Shown here piece after piece: positions 9,487-25,434 of a DNA stretch of 64,000 bases. The notes under the pieces were generated by a model that was given only the letters and a program-made list of their open reading frames with translations, did no database searches and was not told the DNA's origin. The position numbers and the translations under genes were made by a program. Numbering within the stretch: position 1 is the stretch's first letter; every line of letters starts with the position of its first letter. The DNA is from Escherichia phage ECOH1. Location of the stretch: sequence record ON540300.1; one strand, written 5' to 3'.

Positions 9487-9884
9487 GACTCTTAAACAGA
9501 CACAGCTTTATAGTAAAGCGTAAAGTCTCTGAAGACGGTTATTATAATGATGATGGTGATTGGGTAGCTTCACAAGATATTGTAGAGGTTAACTGCAAAG
9601 GTAATATCCAGCCATATATCAAAGGTTCTGTAAAGAATGGTACACAGATTGCTTTACCGGAAGGTATTAGGCTTACCGATACAAGAATCCTGTATACCAC
9701 ATATAAACTTAGAACTTCAGATGATGTAGAGTGGAATGAGTCTGACATTGTTATGATTGATGGTCATGAGTATGAAGTATTTATGACTATGGATTGGTCA
9801 CAGCAATTAGCCCATACGTCCCATTATGAATATATCATTATTAGAAGGGATAAAATGAATGCAGTTAGAAACAGCAGAACTTGA
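9483..9884 (+). CDS. neck/tail completion protein (putative)
   Basis: Position; overlapping start. Confidence 0.4.
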   Translation: MRLLNRHSFIVKRKVSEDGYYNDDGDWVASQDIVEVNCKGNIQPYIKGSVKNGTQIALPEGIRLTDTRILYTTYKLRTSDDVEWNESDIVMIDGHEYEVFMTMDWSQQLAHTSHYEYIIIRRDKMNAVRNSRT

Positions 9885-10458
9885 AAAAGGTCTAGTTAGA
9901 ACCTTAGTGGATGTTATTGGTCACAGACTAACTCGTGATAAAAATAATAGACCAAATGTAATTAGAGCTTACCCTTCTGATAACTCAAATGACAAAGGTT
10001 TAAAACCTGACCAGCCATTTATTACCGTATATTGTCAAGATGCTGCAACACCTTATGGTTGGGTTCTTGATAAGTTTGTTGAGGATGATGTAGTTTGCTA
10101 CAGAATTGCTTTTCAGATTCCTGTACTAATTACGGTGAATGGTAAAGGTGCTCACAGTATTATGCTTGAGCTTAAACAACGATTAGAGATGAGTTCAGTC
10201 AGGGATTTAATTCTTGAAGAAACAGGGGCAACAGTCTTAGACACTGGAGCTATCCCGAATGACTATACTTATCTTAATACAGATTTCGAAAATTCTGCGC
10301 CTCTTGTTGTAACTCTTGTAAAAAATTCAGTCCTGAAAGATGAACGTGGAGGTATTATTGAACGTGTCATTGTTGATGGTGAATTAGTTTACGAAGAAGG
10401 ACAAGAGCCACCAGAATATACTATCCATCTAGATGTAGACTCCAAAGGGGTAAAATAA
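9859..10458 (+). CDS. tail completion protein (putative)
   Basis: Position; overlaps upstream ORF by 26 nt. Confidence 0.4.
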   Translation: MQLETAELEKGLVRTLVDVIGHRLTRDKNNRPNVIRAYPSDNSNDKGLKPDQPFITVYCQDAATPYGWVLDKFVEDDVVCYRIAFQIPVLITVNGKGAHSIMLELKQRLEMSSVRDLILEETGATVLDTGAIPNDYTYLNTDFENSAPLVVTLVKNSVLKDERGGIIERVIVDGELVYEEGQEPPEYTIHLDVDSKGVK

Positions 10459-11811
10459 ATGTGGAATCCAATTGTTAATGTAGATATTACATTGAACACC
10501 GCAGGAACTACAAGAGAAGGTTTTGGGCTACCACTATTTTTAGCTTCAACAGATAACTTTGAAGAAAGAGTCCGTGGTTACACTTCCTTAACTGAAGTTG
10601 CTGAAGATTTCGATGAAAACTCTGCTGCATATAAGGCTGCTAAACAACTTTGGAGTCAGACTCCTAAAGTAACCCAGCTTTATATTGGTAGACGTGCTAT
10701 GCAGTACACTGTATCAATTCCTGACTCTGTTACTGAAAGTACCGATTATTCTTTGACTGTAGCTGTGAGCGGTGGAATCTCTCAGCCATTCCAGTATACT
10801 TCAAAGACATCAGATACTGCTGAGAAGGTGTTACAACAGCTTAAAACACAGATTGAAGCTGACCCAACAATTAAAGATAAGGTCACTGTGAATGTAACTG
10901 GTGCTGGCGGTTCAGCCACAATGGTAATCACCAAAGCTGGTGTGAACGACTTCGTGAAGGTTACTTCTACAGCACAAACAGTGTCAATTGCAAGTACAAC
11001 TGCTGACACAGCATCTACTGCTTTGGCAGCTATTGAAGCTTATTCAACTGACTGGTATTTCATTGCAGCAGAAGACAGAACTCAACAGTTTGTCTTAGCA
11101 ATGGCTTCTGAGATTCAAGCTCGTAAGAAGATTTTCTTTACAGCTAACTCTGATGTAACAGCACTGCAAGGTACAGAATTAGCTAGTGCAAATGATGTTC
11201 CAGCACAGCTTGCTAAGAGTCAGTACACTCGTACCGTTTGCTTGTGGCATCACACGGCAGCAGAAGACTATCCAGAAATGGCATACATTGCTTATGGTGC
11301 TCCATATGATGCAGGTTCGATTGCTTGGGGCAATGCACAGCTAACTGGTGTAGCTGCTTCTCTACAGCCAGCTAATAAGAGACCTCTGACAAGTATTCAG
11401 AAGTCAGCTTTAGATGCACGTCACTGTAACTTTATTGACCTTGATGGTGGTGTTCCAGTGGTTCGTAGAGGGATTACTTCTGGTGGGGAATGGATTGATA
11501 TCATCCGTGGTGTTGACTGGTTAGAATCAGACCTGAAAACTTCTCTGAGAGACTTGCTAATTAACCAGAAGGGTGGTAAGATTACTTATGATGATACTGG
11601 TATTACCCGTATTCGTCAAGTCATTGAAACCTCTCTGCAAAGAGCAGTCAACAGAAACTTCCTGTCATCTTACACAGTTAATGTTCCTAAAGCCTCTCAA
11701 GTTGCTTTAGCAGACAAGAAAGCTCGTATCCTGAAAGATGTTACCTTCTCAGGTATCTTAGCAGGGGCTATCTTGGATGTTGACTTGAAAGGTACAGTGG
11801 CTTACGAATAA
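10459..11811 (+). CDS. tail sheath protein (putative)
   Basis: 450-aa ORF immediately followed by a ~150-aa tube-sized ORF, chaperone pair and tape measure: canonical contractile-tail gene order. Confidence 0.5.
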   Translation: MWNPIVNVDITLNTAGTTREGFGLPLFLASTDNFEERVRGYTSLTEVAEDFDENSAAYKAAKQLWSQTPKVTQLYIGRRAMQYTVSIPDSVTESTDYSLTVAVSGGISQPFQYTSKTSDTAEKVLQQLKTQIEADPTIKDKVTVNVTGAGGSATMVITKAGVNDFVKVTSTAQTVSIASTTADTASTALAAIEAYSTDWYFIAAEDRTQQFVLAMASEIQARKKIFFTANSDVTALQGTELASANDVPAQLAKSQYTRTVCLWHHTAAEDYPEMAYIAYGAPYDAGSIAWGNAQLTGVAASLQPANKRPLTSIQKSALDARHCNFIDLDGGVPVVRRGITSGGEWIDIIRGVDWLESDLKTSLRDLLINQKGGKITYDDTGITRIRQVIETSLQRAVNRNFLSSYTVNVPKASQVALADKKARILKDVTFSGILAGAILDVDLKGTVAYE

Positions 11812-11826
11812 TAGAGGTAAATTGGA

Positions 11827-12273
11827 ATGGCTATGTATCAGCAATATTCCCCTAAAGACGTTGTATGTAGCTGGAACGGCATTGCTATTGAAGGCTTTGC
11901 TCCAGATTCATTCTTACGTCTACAGAGAACATCACCACTTATCACACCAGTTGTAGGTGCGGGTGGTCAAGTTGCTCTGACAAGAAATGCAGACAAGACA
12001 GGTACTATTGAGATTGAGCTAATGCAGACTTCTCTCTCTAATCAGATGCTTTCTGCAATTCAAGCTAAACAAGACAATATGGAACTTGAAGAAGATATCT
12101 CTTCTAACTTCGTAATCTACGACCCATCAGGCTCTGTTCTGGCAACTGGTATTAATGCTTGGTTGCAGGAATTACCGCAGGTTGAACTTGGTCGTGACCA
12201 GAACTCTAAAACTTGGATTTTTGGTTGTGAGAAGCTAGACTACACTTCTACAATTCCAGCGTCAAGTGTTTAA
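11827..12273 (+). CDS. tail tube protein (putative)
   Basis: 148-aa ORF after sheath, followed by strong terminator. Confidence 0.5.
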   Translation: MAMYQQYSPKDVVCSWNGIAIEGFAPDSFLRLQRTSPLITPVVGAGGQVALTRNADKTGTIEIELMQTSLSNQMLSAIQAKQDNMELEEDISSNFVIYDPSGSVLATGINAWLQELPQVELGRDQNSKTWIFGCEKLDYTSTIPASSV

Positions 12274-12284
12274 TAAATCCTATA

Positions 12285-12318
12285 AGGGGGAGACTTTAAA
12301 AGGTCTTCCCCTTTTTTG
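12285..12318 (+). terminator. strong intrinsic terminator
   Basis: gggggagac-tttaaaa-ggtcttcccc hairpin followed by T7. Confidence 0.7.
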
Positions 12319-12346
12319 TTTCTTTTAAAAGTATTAAGGAATCACA

Positions 12347-12745
12347 ATGAAAACAGAATCTAGAGTAATTAATGGTAAGAAAGTAAATATCATTCTGCTT
12401 GGGGCAAGAGATGGTATTAAGATGTCTATGAAGTTGGGTAAAATTGTTGTTCCAACCTTTGCACAGATGCTATCAAGTCTGACTGATAAAGATAAGAAAG
12501 AAGCTCCAATGGTTCCATTTAAAGAACTTGTTGAAGCTTGTTTTGACAGAATTGAAGAAATTAACCTTGAAGAAATGGCTAACTTGTTATTTCAAGGGGC
12601 AACTGTTGATGACTTCCCACTTAATATTGATACGTACTTCCAAGCAAACTACGGTGAGTTTATTGATTACTTAGCATTTGCGCTGGAGGCAAACTTCGGA
12701 AGTTTTTTCGAAGCAAGCATTTTCAAAAGCCTAACTTCTCAGTAA
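12347..12745 (+). CDS. tail assembly chaperone (G-like)
   Basis: 132-aa acidic ORF directly upstream of the tape measure gene; contains slippery heptamer T_TTT_TTC near its 3' end. Confidence 0.55.
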   Translation: MKTESRVINGKKVNIILLGARDGIKMSMKLGKIVVPTFAQMLSSLTDKDKKEAPMVPFKELVEACFDRIEEINLEEMANLLFQGATVDDFPLNIDTYFQANYGEFIDYLAFALEANFGSFFEASIFKSLTSQ

Positions 12746-12747
12746 AC

Positions 12748-12986
12748 ATGGGTAACACTCTACAGACACCACTAACTGATGCTGCTGTAGAGGCAACCTA
12801 TGAAGAAGCAGACGAGATGAAATTTGTGCTTGCTATTTATGGTATGGAAGGGTGTAAAGAAACACTTGACCAACTCTTTGCTATGACATTCTCTGATTTA
12901 TTATCATTGAGACAATTTCTTGAAATTCAGAGGTCGTATAAAGAGGAAATTGCTTACAACGAACTTAGAAGAGCAGGAAAAATGTA

Positions 12987-12987
<1 letters not shown>
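12748..12987 (+). CDS. tail assembly chaperone extension (likely expressed as -1 frameshift fusion, GT-like)
   Basis: 79-codon ORF in the -1 frame relative to the upstream chaperone; -1 frame is open from slippery site 12703 through 12987. Confidence 0.45.
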
Positions 12988-18350
<5,363 letters not shown>

Positions 18351-18351
<1 letters not shown>

Positions 18352-19820
18352 TGGCAGGACTAACTACAACAGGATTACAAACTCTAAGATATCAGGAGAT
18401 TTTTGATAATATCAAATCAAGACTTCTTAGAGATATTTCACCAAACCTTGACGTTTCTGAAGACAGTCAATTAGGACTCTTCCTAGCTTCAATTGCAAGG
18501 TCTTTAGCAGATACTCATGAGATTCTATCAGAAGTCTATGACGGTGGAACAATTGACAAGGCCGAGGGTTTTAACCTTGACGATATTACAGCTTTGAACG
18601 CTGTCTACAGATATGTTGCTCAGGCAACAAGAGGTCAAGTTGAGTTTACTGGGACTACTGGTGCTACCATTCCTTCAACAACAAGATTAAGAAGTACTGC
18701 CGGAAACATCTTTTATCCAGTTAATAACATCACCCTTACTCCATCATATTGTGTTGAAGCTACACTTGAAGTTAACTCTTTACGAACTGATGCAGATTAT
18801 GTTATTATTATTGATAACGTCATTTTCTCATATAAACCAACCTCATTAGACACAATCACCACGCTGCTAACAAAATTAGCAGAAGCTATTAATGGTGGTA
18901 TTGTAGCAAAAGCAGAAGTCATTAATGATGGAGCCGCATTAAGAGTCTATAAAGACGAAGGTGATATCATTGCAAGAACAAACCCTATGGTTGTCACTGC
19001 AACAACGTTTCTGACCTTTACAAAGATTACAACTATTTCAGATGTAGTAGCTGAAGAGGTGGGTGCTACCCCTGCTTTGGCTGGTACGCTTATTGAGATT
19101 GAGACAACTGTTGATGGTCTTGACAGTATTTATAACAGATATGACTTAACAACTGGTAGAAACGAAGAAACTGACACAGAACTTAGACAGAGATATTTAG
19201 AGTCCTTAGCAGTTACTGGTGTGGGTACTTTGGATGCAATTGTAGCTGCTGTTAAAAGAGTTCAAGGTGTCTCAGATGCTTCAGGTGTTGAAAATGATAC
19301 TGAAGAGACAAACTCAGAAGGTCTTCCACCAAAATCTTTTAAGATTGTCGTAGTTGGTGGTCAAAATGATAATGTTGCTCAGGCAATCTGGGATACAAAA
19401 CCTGCTGGTATTAGGGCTTATGGCTCAATTTTTGGTACAGCCCATGATTTAGGTGGTTTGGCACATAATATTTATTTTAGCAGACCAACACCAAAATACG
19501 CATTTGTTAAGGTGTCTTACTCACTATACGACGAAGAAAACTTAACAATCCCTGAAGAGGATATCAGAGACAGCATTGTACAAGGTATTAATGCCTACGG
19601 AAGAACTCTTAAGGTTGGTAATGACGTTATCCCTAACAGAATCTATGGACATATCTATGACGTAATTAAAGGTATTGAGATTAATGAAGTTAAAGTGGCA
19701 TTATCAAATAACCAATCAGTTCCACCTAGTGACGGGCAGTATACTACAGCAAGAATTACTGTTGACGGTGACCAATATACTGTTTGGGAAAGTAGCCAGT
19801 ATACCATCACTAAGGAGTAA
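18351..19820 (+). CDS. baseplate J-like protein (putative)
   Basis: 489-aa ORF in conserved W-J-I order. Confidence 0.45.
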
Positions 19821-19822
19821 TA

Positions 19823-20677
19823 ATGTTTGAAAAGATTGATAGTGTTTATTATAAAACACTTGATGAAAGGACTGTAACACAGTTTAAAGATAAATTTATC
19901 TATACAAGTCTCTTGAAAGCAATCACTGATGAGCTACAAACACTAGAGGATGTTTGCTGGCAGATGCACACAGAGAGAAATATCAGGACGTCAGTAGGTC
20001 AACAACTTGATAATATTGGCTCACTGATTAAAGTTCCTAGACCTTTAGGTGCTGATGATGAAACATACAGAGCTATGCTTTATATCCAAATCTTCCTAAG
20101 ACGTTCTGATACTACTCCAACATTCTTGCAAAAAGCAATTATGACATTGTATGGTGCAACTTTCTCTCAGATTTTTGAGCATATTACTCCTAAGACTGGT
20201 GGTATCGTTATCCGTATTAATACTAGAAAAAGCGTTCTTGATGCTGCATATACACTGTCAAAGATTTCTGCAACAACCACTGGTTCCGCTGTTATCTTAA
20301 GAGATGTTACTTTAAATGGGACTGCTTGGACACCTGTAGAGGTTGCTGATTCATCACTTGCTATTGTTGATGATAAAGAGAACTGGTTTGTAACTGATGC
20401 TAACAGGGGTCTGGTAACAAATAACACTGGTGGCTCTCTGGAGTCCAACCTAGTAGGGAGTCTTGCAGATGCTGGTGTTATTGATGGTTACTTTAAGGTT
20501 GACAGAACAGCAAACCCACAGAGCGATGATTATATGACTGTAGATAGGTCCAATAATAGTGGCTATTTCATTGCTGGTAAAGAAGCTATTGCAGGTGGTG
20601 CATATGGAATCATGGCTGAGGTTGCACAAATTGTCAAAGGCAGAAAAGATAAATCACAACAAGAAGGAAATTCTTAA
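19823..20677 (+). CDS. baseplate I-like protein (putative)
   Basis: 284-aa ORF following J-like gene. Confidence 0.4.
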   Translation: MFEKIDSVYYKTLDERTVTQFKDKFIYTSLLKAITDELQTLEDVCWQMHTERNIRTSVGQQLDNIGSLIKVPRPLGADDETYRAMLYIQIFLRRSDTTPTFLQKAIMTLYGATFSQIFEHITPKTGGIVIRINTRKSVLDAAYTLSKISATTTGSAVILRDVTLNGTAWTPVEVADSSLAIVDDKENWFVTDANRGLVTNNTGGSLESNLVGSLADAGVIDGYFKVDRTANPQSDDYMTVDRSNNSGYFIAGKEAIAGGAYGIMAEVAQIVKGRKDKSQQEGNS

Positions 20678-20979
20678 TGGCAGTTCTAAATTGGTCTACA
20701 AACGAAGTAGATACTGATGGTAATCAGTTAAAAGTTTTACCACCACCGGAAGTTCAAGAGACAGGTCTTTTAAAGGGTGAGCCTATGGGTAGACAGTGGT
20801 TCAACTATATTATCAACTACCTGCTGAATAAAGTAAATGGCACTGTTGGTGAAGTTCGTTCATATGCAACTGAGCAACCAGATTTAGTGGCTAATGGCTG
20901 GAATCTCATTAAGTCTGAGACAGGGACTGCATCAACAAGTACAAGAAACCTTTACACATATGAATATGTAGGAGCTTAA
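20677..20979 (+). CDS. hypothetical tail protein
   Basis: 100-aa coupled ORF before fibre genes. Confidence 0.4.
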   Translation: MAVLNWSTNEVDTDGNQLKVLPPPEVQETGLLKGEPMGRQWFNYIINYLLNKVNGTVGEVRSYATEQPDLVANGWNLIKSETGTASTSTRNLYTYEYVGA

Positions 20980-20981
20980 TA

Positions 20982-22157
20982 ATGGCAGTAGGTGAAATTC
21001 AAATTAGTGCCTTGCCACAAGCGGCCTTACCAGTTGATTTGAGTGATATCTTCCACCTTAAGCAAGGTGTTGAGGATAAAAGATGTACGCTTGAGCAGTT
21101 GTTAGCACCTCACGCATCTTTGAGGAATAACCCTCATGGTGTAACTAAATCACAAGTAGGTCTTGATAATGTTATTAACTCTCTTCAATTAGTTGCAGCT
21201 AATAACTTGTCAGATATTGTAAGTGTTGCTGAGGCAAGAGCAAATCTACAAATTATGTCGTCAGAGGAAGTGAATAACTTAATTCAGCAACATATTGACG
21301 ACAAAAGTAACCCACACAATACAACGAAAGCACAGGTTGGTTTAAGTAATGTTCAGAACTGGACAACATCTAATCTGTACAATGAAGATGCTGATAAGTA
21401 TGCTACCGCGAAAGCAGTTAATAATTTATACAAAGCTATCCAAGCGTCATATCCAGTAGGGACTATTCATCTATCTGTTAACTCTGCTAACCCATCCACT
21501 TACTTGCTTTGTGGAGGTACTTGGGAGTTAGTTTCTAAAGGTAGAGCACTAGTTGGTTATGATACAGATTCTAGACCTGTTGGTTCAACGTTTGGTTCTC
21601 AGACTGTAGCATTAACAAATAATAATTTACCAGCACATACTCACTCTATCTATCTAACAGGTGGTGGTCATACACACTCTGCAAGTGTATCTATCTCTAG
21701 TTTTGATTATGGTTCAAAAAGTACATCAACTTTTGATTACGGTACAAAAACGACTAATAGTGCTGGTGCTCACACTCACACGTTTAGTGGCACAACAAGT
21801 AATGCTGGTAACCACAACCATAGAGTCCCTATGAGGGGTAATGATAGGGGTGGCACAAACGCTATCACTGCATCTGCTGATGCTGGTGTTGGTAATGCTA
21901 TGTATACTGATTTAGCTGGTGCTCACACCCATAGCTTCTCAGGTACAACTGCATCATCTGGTGCTCATAGCCATACTGTCGCAATTGGTGCTCACAGCCA
22001 CACTGTTAATATTGGTTCGCACAGTCATACAGGCACTGTTACTGTTTCTAGCTCTGAGCATACACACTCAGGGACATCTGGTTCTGTTGGTGGTGGTCAA
22101 GCTTTCAGTGTTGAGCAGCCATCTTTTGTAGTGTATGTGTGGCAGAGAACAGCTTAA
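20982..22157 (+). CDS. tail fibre protein with C-terminal His-x-His repeat domain
   Basis: Repeats such as GAHTHSFSGTT, GAHSHTVAIGAHSHTVNIGSHSHTG; C-terminus ...VVYVWQRTA shared with the next gene. Confidence 0.6.
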   Translation: MAVGEIQISALPQAALPVDLSDIFHLKQGVEDKRCTLEQLLAPHASLRNNPHGVTKSQVGLDNVINSLQLVAANNLSDIVSVAEARANLQIMSSEEVNNLIQQHIDDKSNPHNTTKAQVGLSNVQNWTTSNLYNEDADKYATAKAVNNLYKAIQASYPVGTIHLSVNSANPSTYLLCGGTWELVSKGRALVGYDTDSRPVGSTFGSQTVALTNNNLPAHTHSIYLTGGGHTHSASVSISSFDYGSKSTSTFDYGTKTTNSAGAHTHTFSGTTSNAGNHNHRVPMRGNDRGGTNAITASADAGVGNAMYTDLAGAHTHSFSGTTASSGAHSHTVAIGAHSHTVNIGSHSHTGTVTVSSSEHTHSGTSGSVGGGQAFSVEQPSFVVYVWQRTA

Positions 22158-22203
22158 TTTCTTTACAGGGGCTATAAAGCCCCTTTTAAGAGGAAAATTC
22201 ATA

Positions 22204-24753
22204 ATGGCAGATTACAAATTGAGTCAATTAAACTCAATCGACACAATTCGTTCAGAAGACCTATTGCACATCAGAGTTAAGAAAAGACCTGAAATGTTGG
22301 GTGACGAAGACCGTAGAATGACCTATCAAGACTTCTTAGCTTCCTTCAAACTAGAAAGGTTTGTTCAGATTGCTGGGAGTACTATGGTTGGGGATTTAGG
22401 TATTGTCAAGTTACTTTACGGTGGTAAGGCAGTATTTGACCCAACAGGCTCTTCTGAGATTACTATTGGGGATATTTTAAAGACTTTTAAAATTAACTCA
22501 AATGGGCTTAAACTCACTATTGCAGATGCCACAAGGTCGGCAACTGTTTATCATACTTTGAATAAACCAAGCCCTAATGAACTTGGTATGAGAACTAATG
22601 AAGAGAATGATGCAAGATATGCAAGGCTTGCTGTTACAAACACATTCTCTGGAACTCAGAACATTCAAGGTGATGCTAACTTACTTCGTCTTAGAAACCA
22701 GAATGCAAATAATGCGCAATATATTGAGGGTGTGAACTTAGATGGTTCAGCTAGATGGTGGGTTGGTATTGGTAGTAATGGCTCTGATGAAGTAAAACTG
22801 TACAATAACAAATACAACTCAGCTTTGACTATTGCAAGCAATATCTCTGTTAATAAGTCTTTAGCAATCACTGGACAAGTTCAACCTTCAGATTTCTCTA
22901 ACTTAGATGCTAGATACTTCACTCAGACAGTTGCTAATCAGAGATTTGCACAGTTAGCTGGCAATAATACTTTTACAGGTGCTAACACATTTAGGACTAT
23001 GAGTGTTATTTCAAATGCTGCTGCTATCACACTGCAATGTGCATCAGCAAACGAATCCCTGTATCTACTTGCAAAAGATTATGAAGGTGGAAACTTATGG
23101 TATCTTGGTAAAGGTAGTTCAGGTGCTGGTGTAACTATCTACAACTATACCACTGACACCTCTTTGGTCTTAGATGCTGCTGGAGTATCAGCAAATAAAA
23201 ATGTCAGAATCACTGGACAAGTTCAACCTTCAGATTGGGCTAACATTGACTCTAGATATATTCCGGCAGCAACATTAAGTACAATTGCAAGAACTAATGC
23301 AAGGAATACTTTTAATGGTGTACAGACAGTTGTTACGGATAATGAAGGTCTGATTGTTAAAAACTCTACTCAGAATAGACCATTATATATTCGTGGTGTG
23401 GACACTACTAATGTATCAAGATGGTGGATTGGTGTTGGTGGTGCTGATACGAATGATGTTACCCTAAATAACAGTTATTCTGGAACCCAATTGGTTCTCG
23501 GAAATACAACATCATACATTAACAAAACATTGACTATTGCTGGACAAGTTCAACCTTCAGATTTCTCTAACTTAGATGCTAGATACTTTACGCAAAGTGC
23601 TAGTGATAGCAGATACCTAAGAATCAGAAGTACTAGTTTTAATTTAGGAAACGGTGAAAAGTGGGCTAAAATCGCTACTGTTGTAATGCCACAATCAACA
23701 TCTACGGCAGTCATTGAGGTTTTTGGAGGTGCTGGTTTTAATGCGAATAACCCATACCAAGCAGGTAAGTGTGAAATTGTTTTACGAACGTCAAATAATA
23801 ATACAAAGGATTTAAATGCTGTAGCTTGGAGAACAGCAGATAATGCCCTCATCACGGATATTGGTTATATTAACACTTCTGGTGACACTTATGATATTTA
23901 CTGTAAGGTTGGTGGCTACCAAAATTCTACGGTATCTAGGGTTCAATCTTCTAGTAATGCAAGTGTACAGTTGTTTGAAGTCCCGCAAACATTTGATGAT
24001 GCTCCACAAGGTATTGTGAAGGGTACACTTGCAAGGTACTACACAAGTTTGCAAAAACCAACCCCTTCAGATATTGGTGCATACACTAAAGCAGAGACTG
24101 ACCAGAAAATTGCAGAAGCGATTAGTGACTCTACAGACCTGAATAAAATCTATCCAGTAGGTATTGTGACGTGGTTTAACAGCAATGTTAACCCTAATAC
24201 AGCACTTCCTGGGTTAACTTGGACGTACCTGAACAATGGTGTTGGCAGAACTATTAGAATTGCAGCAGCAAATGGTTCAGATGTTGCTACAACTGGTGGT
24301 TCAGATTCTGTAACGTTATCTGTTGGTAACTTACCTTCACACACGCACAGTTTCTCTGCTACCACTTCGACGTTTGATTATGGCACTAAGCACACAGATG
24401 GTCAGGGTGCTCACGACCATGATAGAGGTAATATGGAAATTCATGGTGATTTTGGTTTCTTCAGGAGTGACACATCAAGCTTCTACACTGCTAGTGGGTC
24501 TTTTGCTATCTCAGGTTCACAAGCATCTAGAGGATACACAGGTAATAACTTCACTTACGGTACTCCTGTTAATTTCTATGCCTCTAGAACTTGGACAGGT
24601 AGAACAAGTTGGGTAGGTGCTCATACACATGGTGTAGGTATTGGTGCTCATAACCATACGGTAAGTGGTAACACTGGTGGTACAGGTTCTGGTTCAGCAT
24701 TTAGTGTTACTAACCAGTTCTACAAGTTAATGGCTTGGGTAAGAACTGCTTAA
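22204..24753 (+). CDS. large tail fibre protein with internal repeats and C-terminal His-x-His domain
   Basis: 849 aa from ATG 22204 (RBS aagagga); three copies of ITGQVQPSD(F/W)SN(L/I)D(A/S)RY; C-terminal SHTHSFSATTSTFDYGTK...GAHTHGVGIGAHNHTV...MAWVRTA. Confidence 0.6.
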   Translation: MADYKLSQLNSIDTIRSEDLLHIRVKKRPEMLGDEDRRMTYQDFLASFKLERFVQIAGSTMVGDLGIVKLLYGGKAVFDPTGSSEITIGDILKTFKINSNGLKLTIADATRSATVYHTLNKPSPNELGMRTNEENDARYARLAVTNTFSGTQNIQGDANLLRLRNQNANNAQYIEGVNLDGSARWWVGIGSNGSDEVKLYNNKYNSALTIASNISVNKSLAITGQVQPSDFSNLDARYFTQTVANQRFAQLAGNNTFTGANTFRTMSVISNAAAITLQCASANESLYLLAKDYEGGNLWYLGKGSSGAGVTIYNYTTDTSLVLDAAGVSANKNVRITGQVQPSDWANIDSRYIPAATLSTIARTNARNTFNGVQTVVTDNEGLIVKNSTQNRPLYIRGVDTTNVSRWWIGVGGADTNDVTLNNSYSGTQLVLGNTTSYINKTLTIAGQVQPSDFSNLDARYFTQSASDSRYLRIRSTSFNLGNGEKWAKIATVVMPQSTSTAVIEVFGGAGFNANNPYQAGKCEIVLRTSNNNTKDLNAVAWRTADNALITDIGYINTSGDTYDIYCKVGGYQNSTVSRVQSSSNASVQLFEVPQTFDDAPQGIVKGTLARYYTSLQKPTPSDIGAYTKAETDQKIAEAISDSTDLNKIYPVGIVTWFNSNVNPNTALPGLTWTYLNNGVGRTIRIAAANGSDVATTGGSDSVTLSVGNLPSHTHSFSATTSTFDYGTKHTDGQGAHDHDRGNMEIHGDFGFFRSDTSSFYTASGSFAISGSQASRGYTGNNFTYGTPVNFYASRTWTGRTSWVGAHTHGVGIGAHNHTVSGNTGGTGSGSAFSVTNQFYKLMAWVRTA

Positions 24754-24760
24754 TCCCTTA

Positions 24761-24789
24761 TTGACTGATTGTTAAGATGGTGTTAATAT
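24761..24789 (+). promoter_or_regulatory. sigma70-like promoter TTGACT-N17-TAATAT flanked by a 9-bp inverted repeat
   Basis: TTGACT 24761-24766, TAATAT 24784-24789; inverted repeat aagatggtg (24774-24782) / caccatctt (24806-24814). Confidence 0.45.
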
Positions 24790-24832
24790 TCTTTATGGGT
24801 ATTCTCACCATCTTGGCTGATGAGGTGATTAA

Positions 24833-25030
24833 ATGCCTACAATCCTAGCAATTCTTCTAAAAAATCTAGGTAGCTTCTTCTGGAAACTCATTTTATCCCT
24901 TCTAAGTGAATACATGATTGAGAAAGTGTTCTTTAGGCTTGCAAGATACCTTGCGAGTAAAACAGACACACCTATTGATGATGAGTTCGTAGATAACTTA
25001 GAGAAAGCTTTTAAGGGGGAGAATAAATGA
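24833..25030 (+). CDS. small membrane protein (putative)
   Basis: 65-aa ORF with hydrophobic N-terminal segment, RBS gaggtg. Confidence 0.45.
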   Translation: MPTILAILLKNLGSFFWKLILSLLSEYMIEKVFFRLARYLASKTDTPIDDEFVDNLEKAFKGENK

Positions 25031-25398
25031 AGTGGCTAGAGGAAGCTTTTAAAAATAATATTGGTGCAATTGTAGTTGGTATTTTTAGTGTTATTGGGAT
25101 GTATACCACGATGCAAGTTTCAAGTGGTAAACAAGAAGTGTCTGTCTCAACAAAGTTACAGCAGCTAGATAATTATTCAAAAAGTAATTACTCAGCTATT
25201 CGTGATTTACAGTCTGACATGAGACTGCTACAGCTAGGGATGGAGAACCAGAAAGTCCAGTTAGAGAATGTTAAGGGTGAGAACGCAAAACTTACTAAGA
25301 CTCTTGATAAATTCTCTGATAGTGTGAACAATCTGGCTCAATCAGTATCAGCCCTCCAAGCTATTACTGAAAAGAACACAAAGAATACTGAAAAGTAA
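25027..25398 (+). CDS. membrane-anchored coiled-coil protein
   Basis: N-terminal TM segment (IGAIVVGIFSVIGMYTTM) followed by coiled-coil-like region. Confidence 0.45.
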   Translation: MKWLEEAFKNNIGAIVVGIFSVIGMYTTMQVSSGKQEVSVSTKLQQLDNYSKSNYSAIRDLQSDMRLLQLGMENQKVQLENVKGENAKLTKTLDKFSDSVNNLAQSVSALQAITEKNTKNTEK

Positions 25399-25405
25399 AG
25401 TTTAA

Positions 25406-25432
25406 GGCTCCTTTTTACGGGAGCCTTTTTTG
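25406..25432 (+). terminator. intrinsic terminator between convergent gene blocks
   Basis: ggctcc(t)-loop-(g)ggagcc hairpin followed by T6; lies between + ORF ending 25398 and - ORF ending 25435. Confidence 0.65.
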
Positions 25433-25434
25433 TT

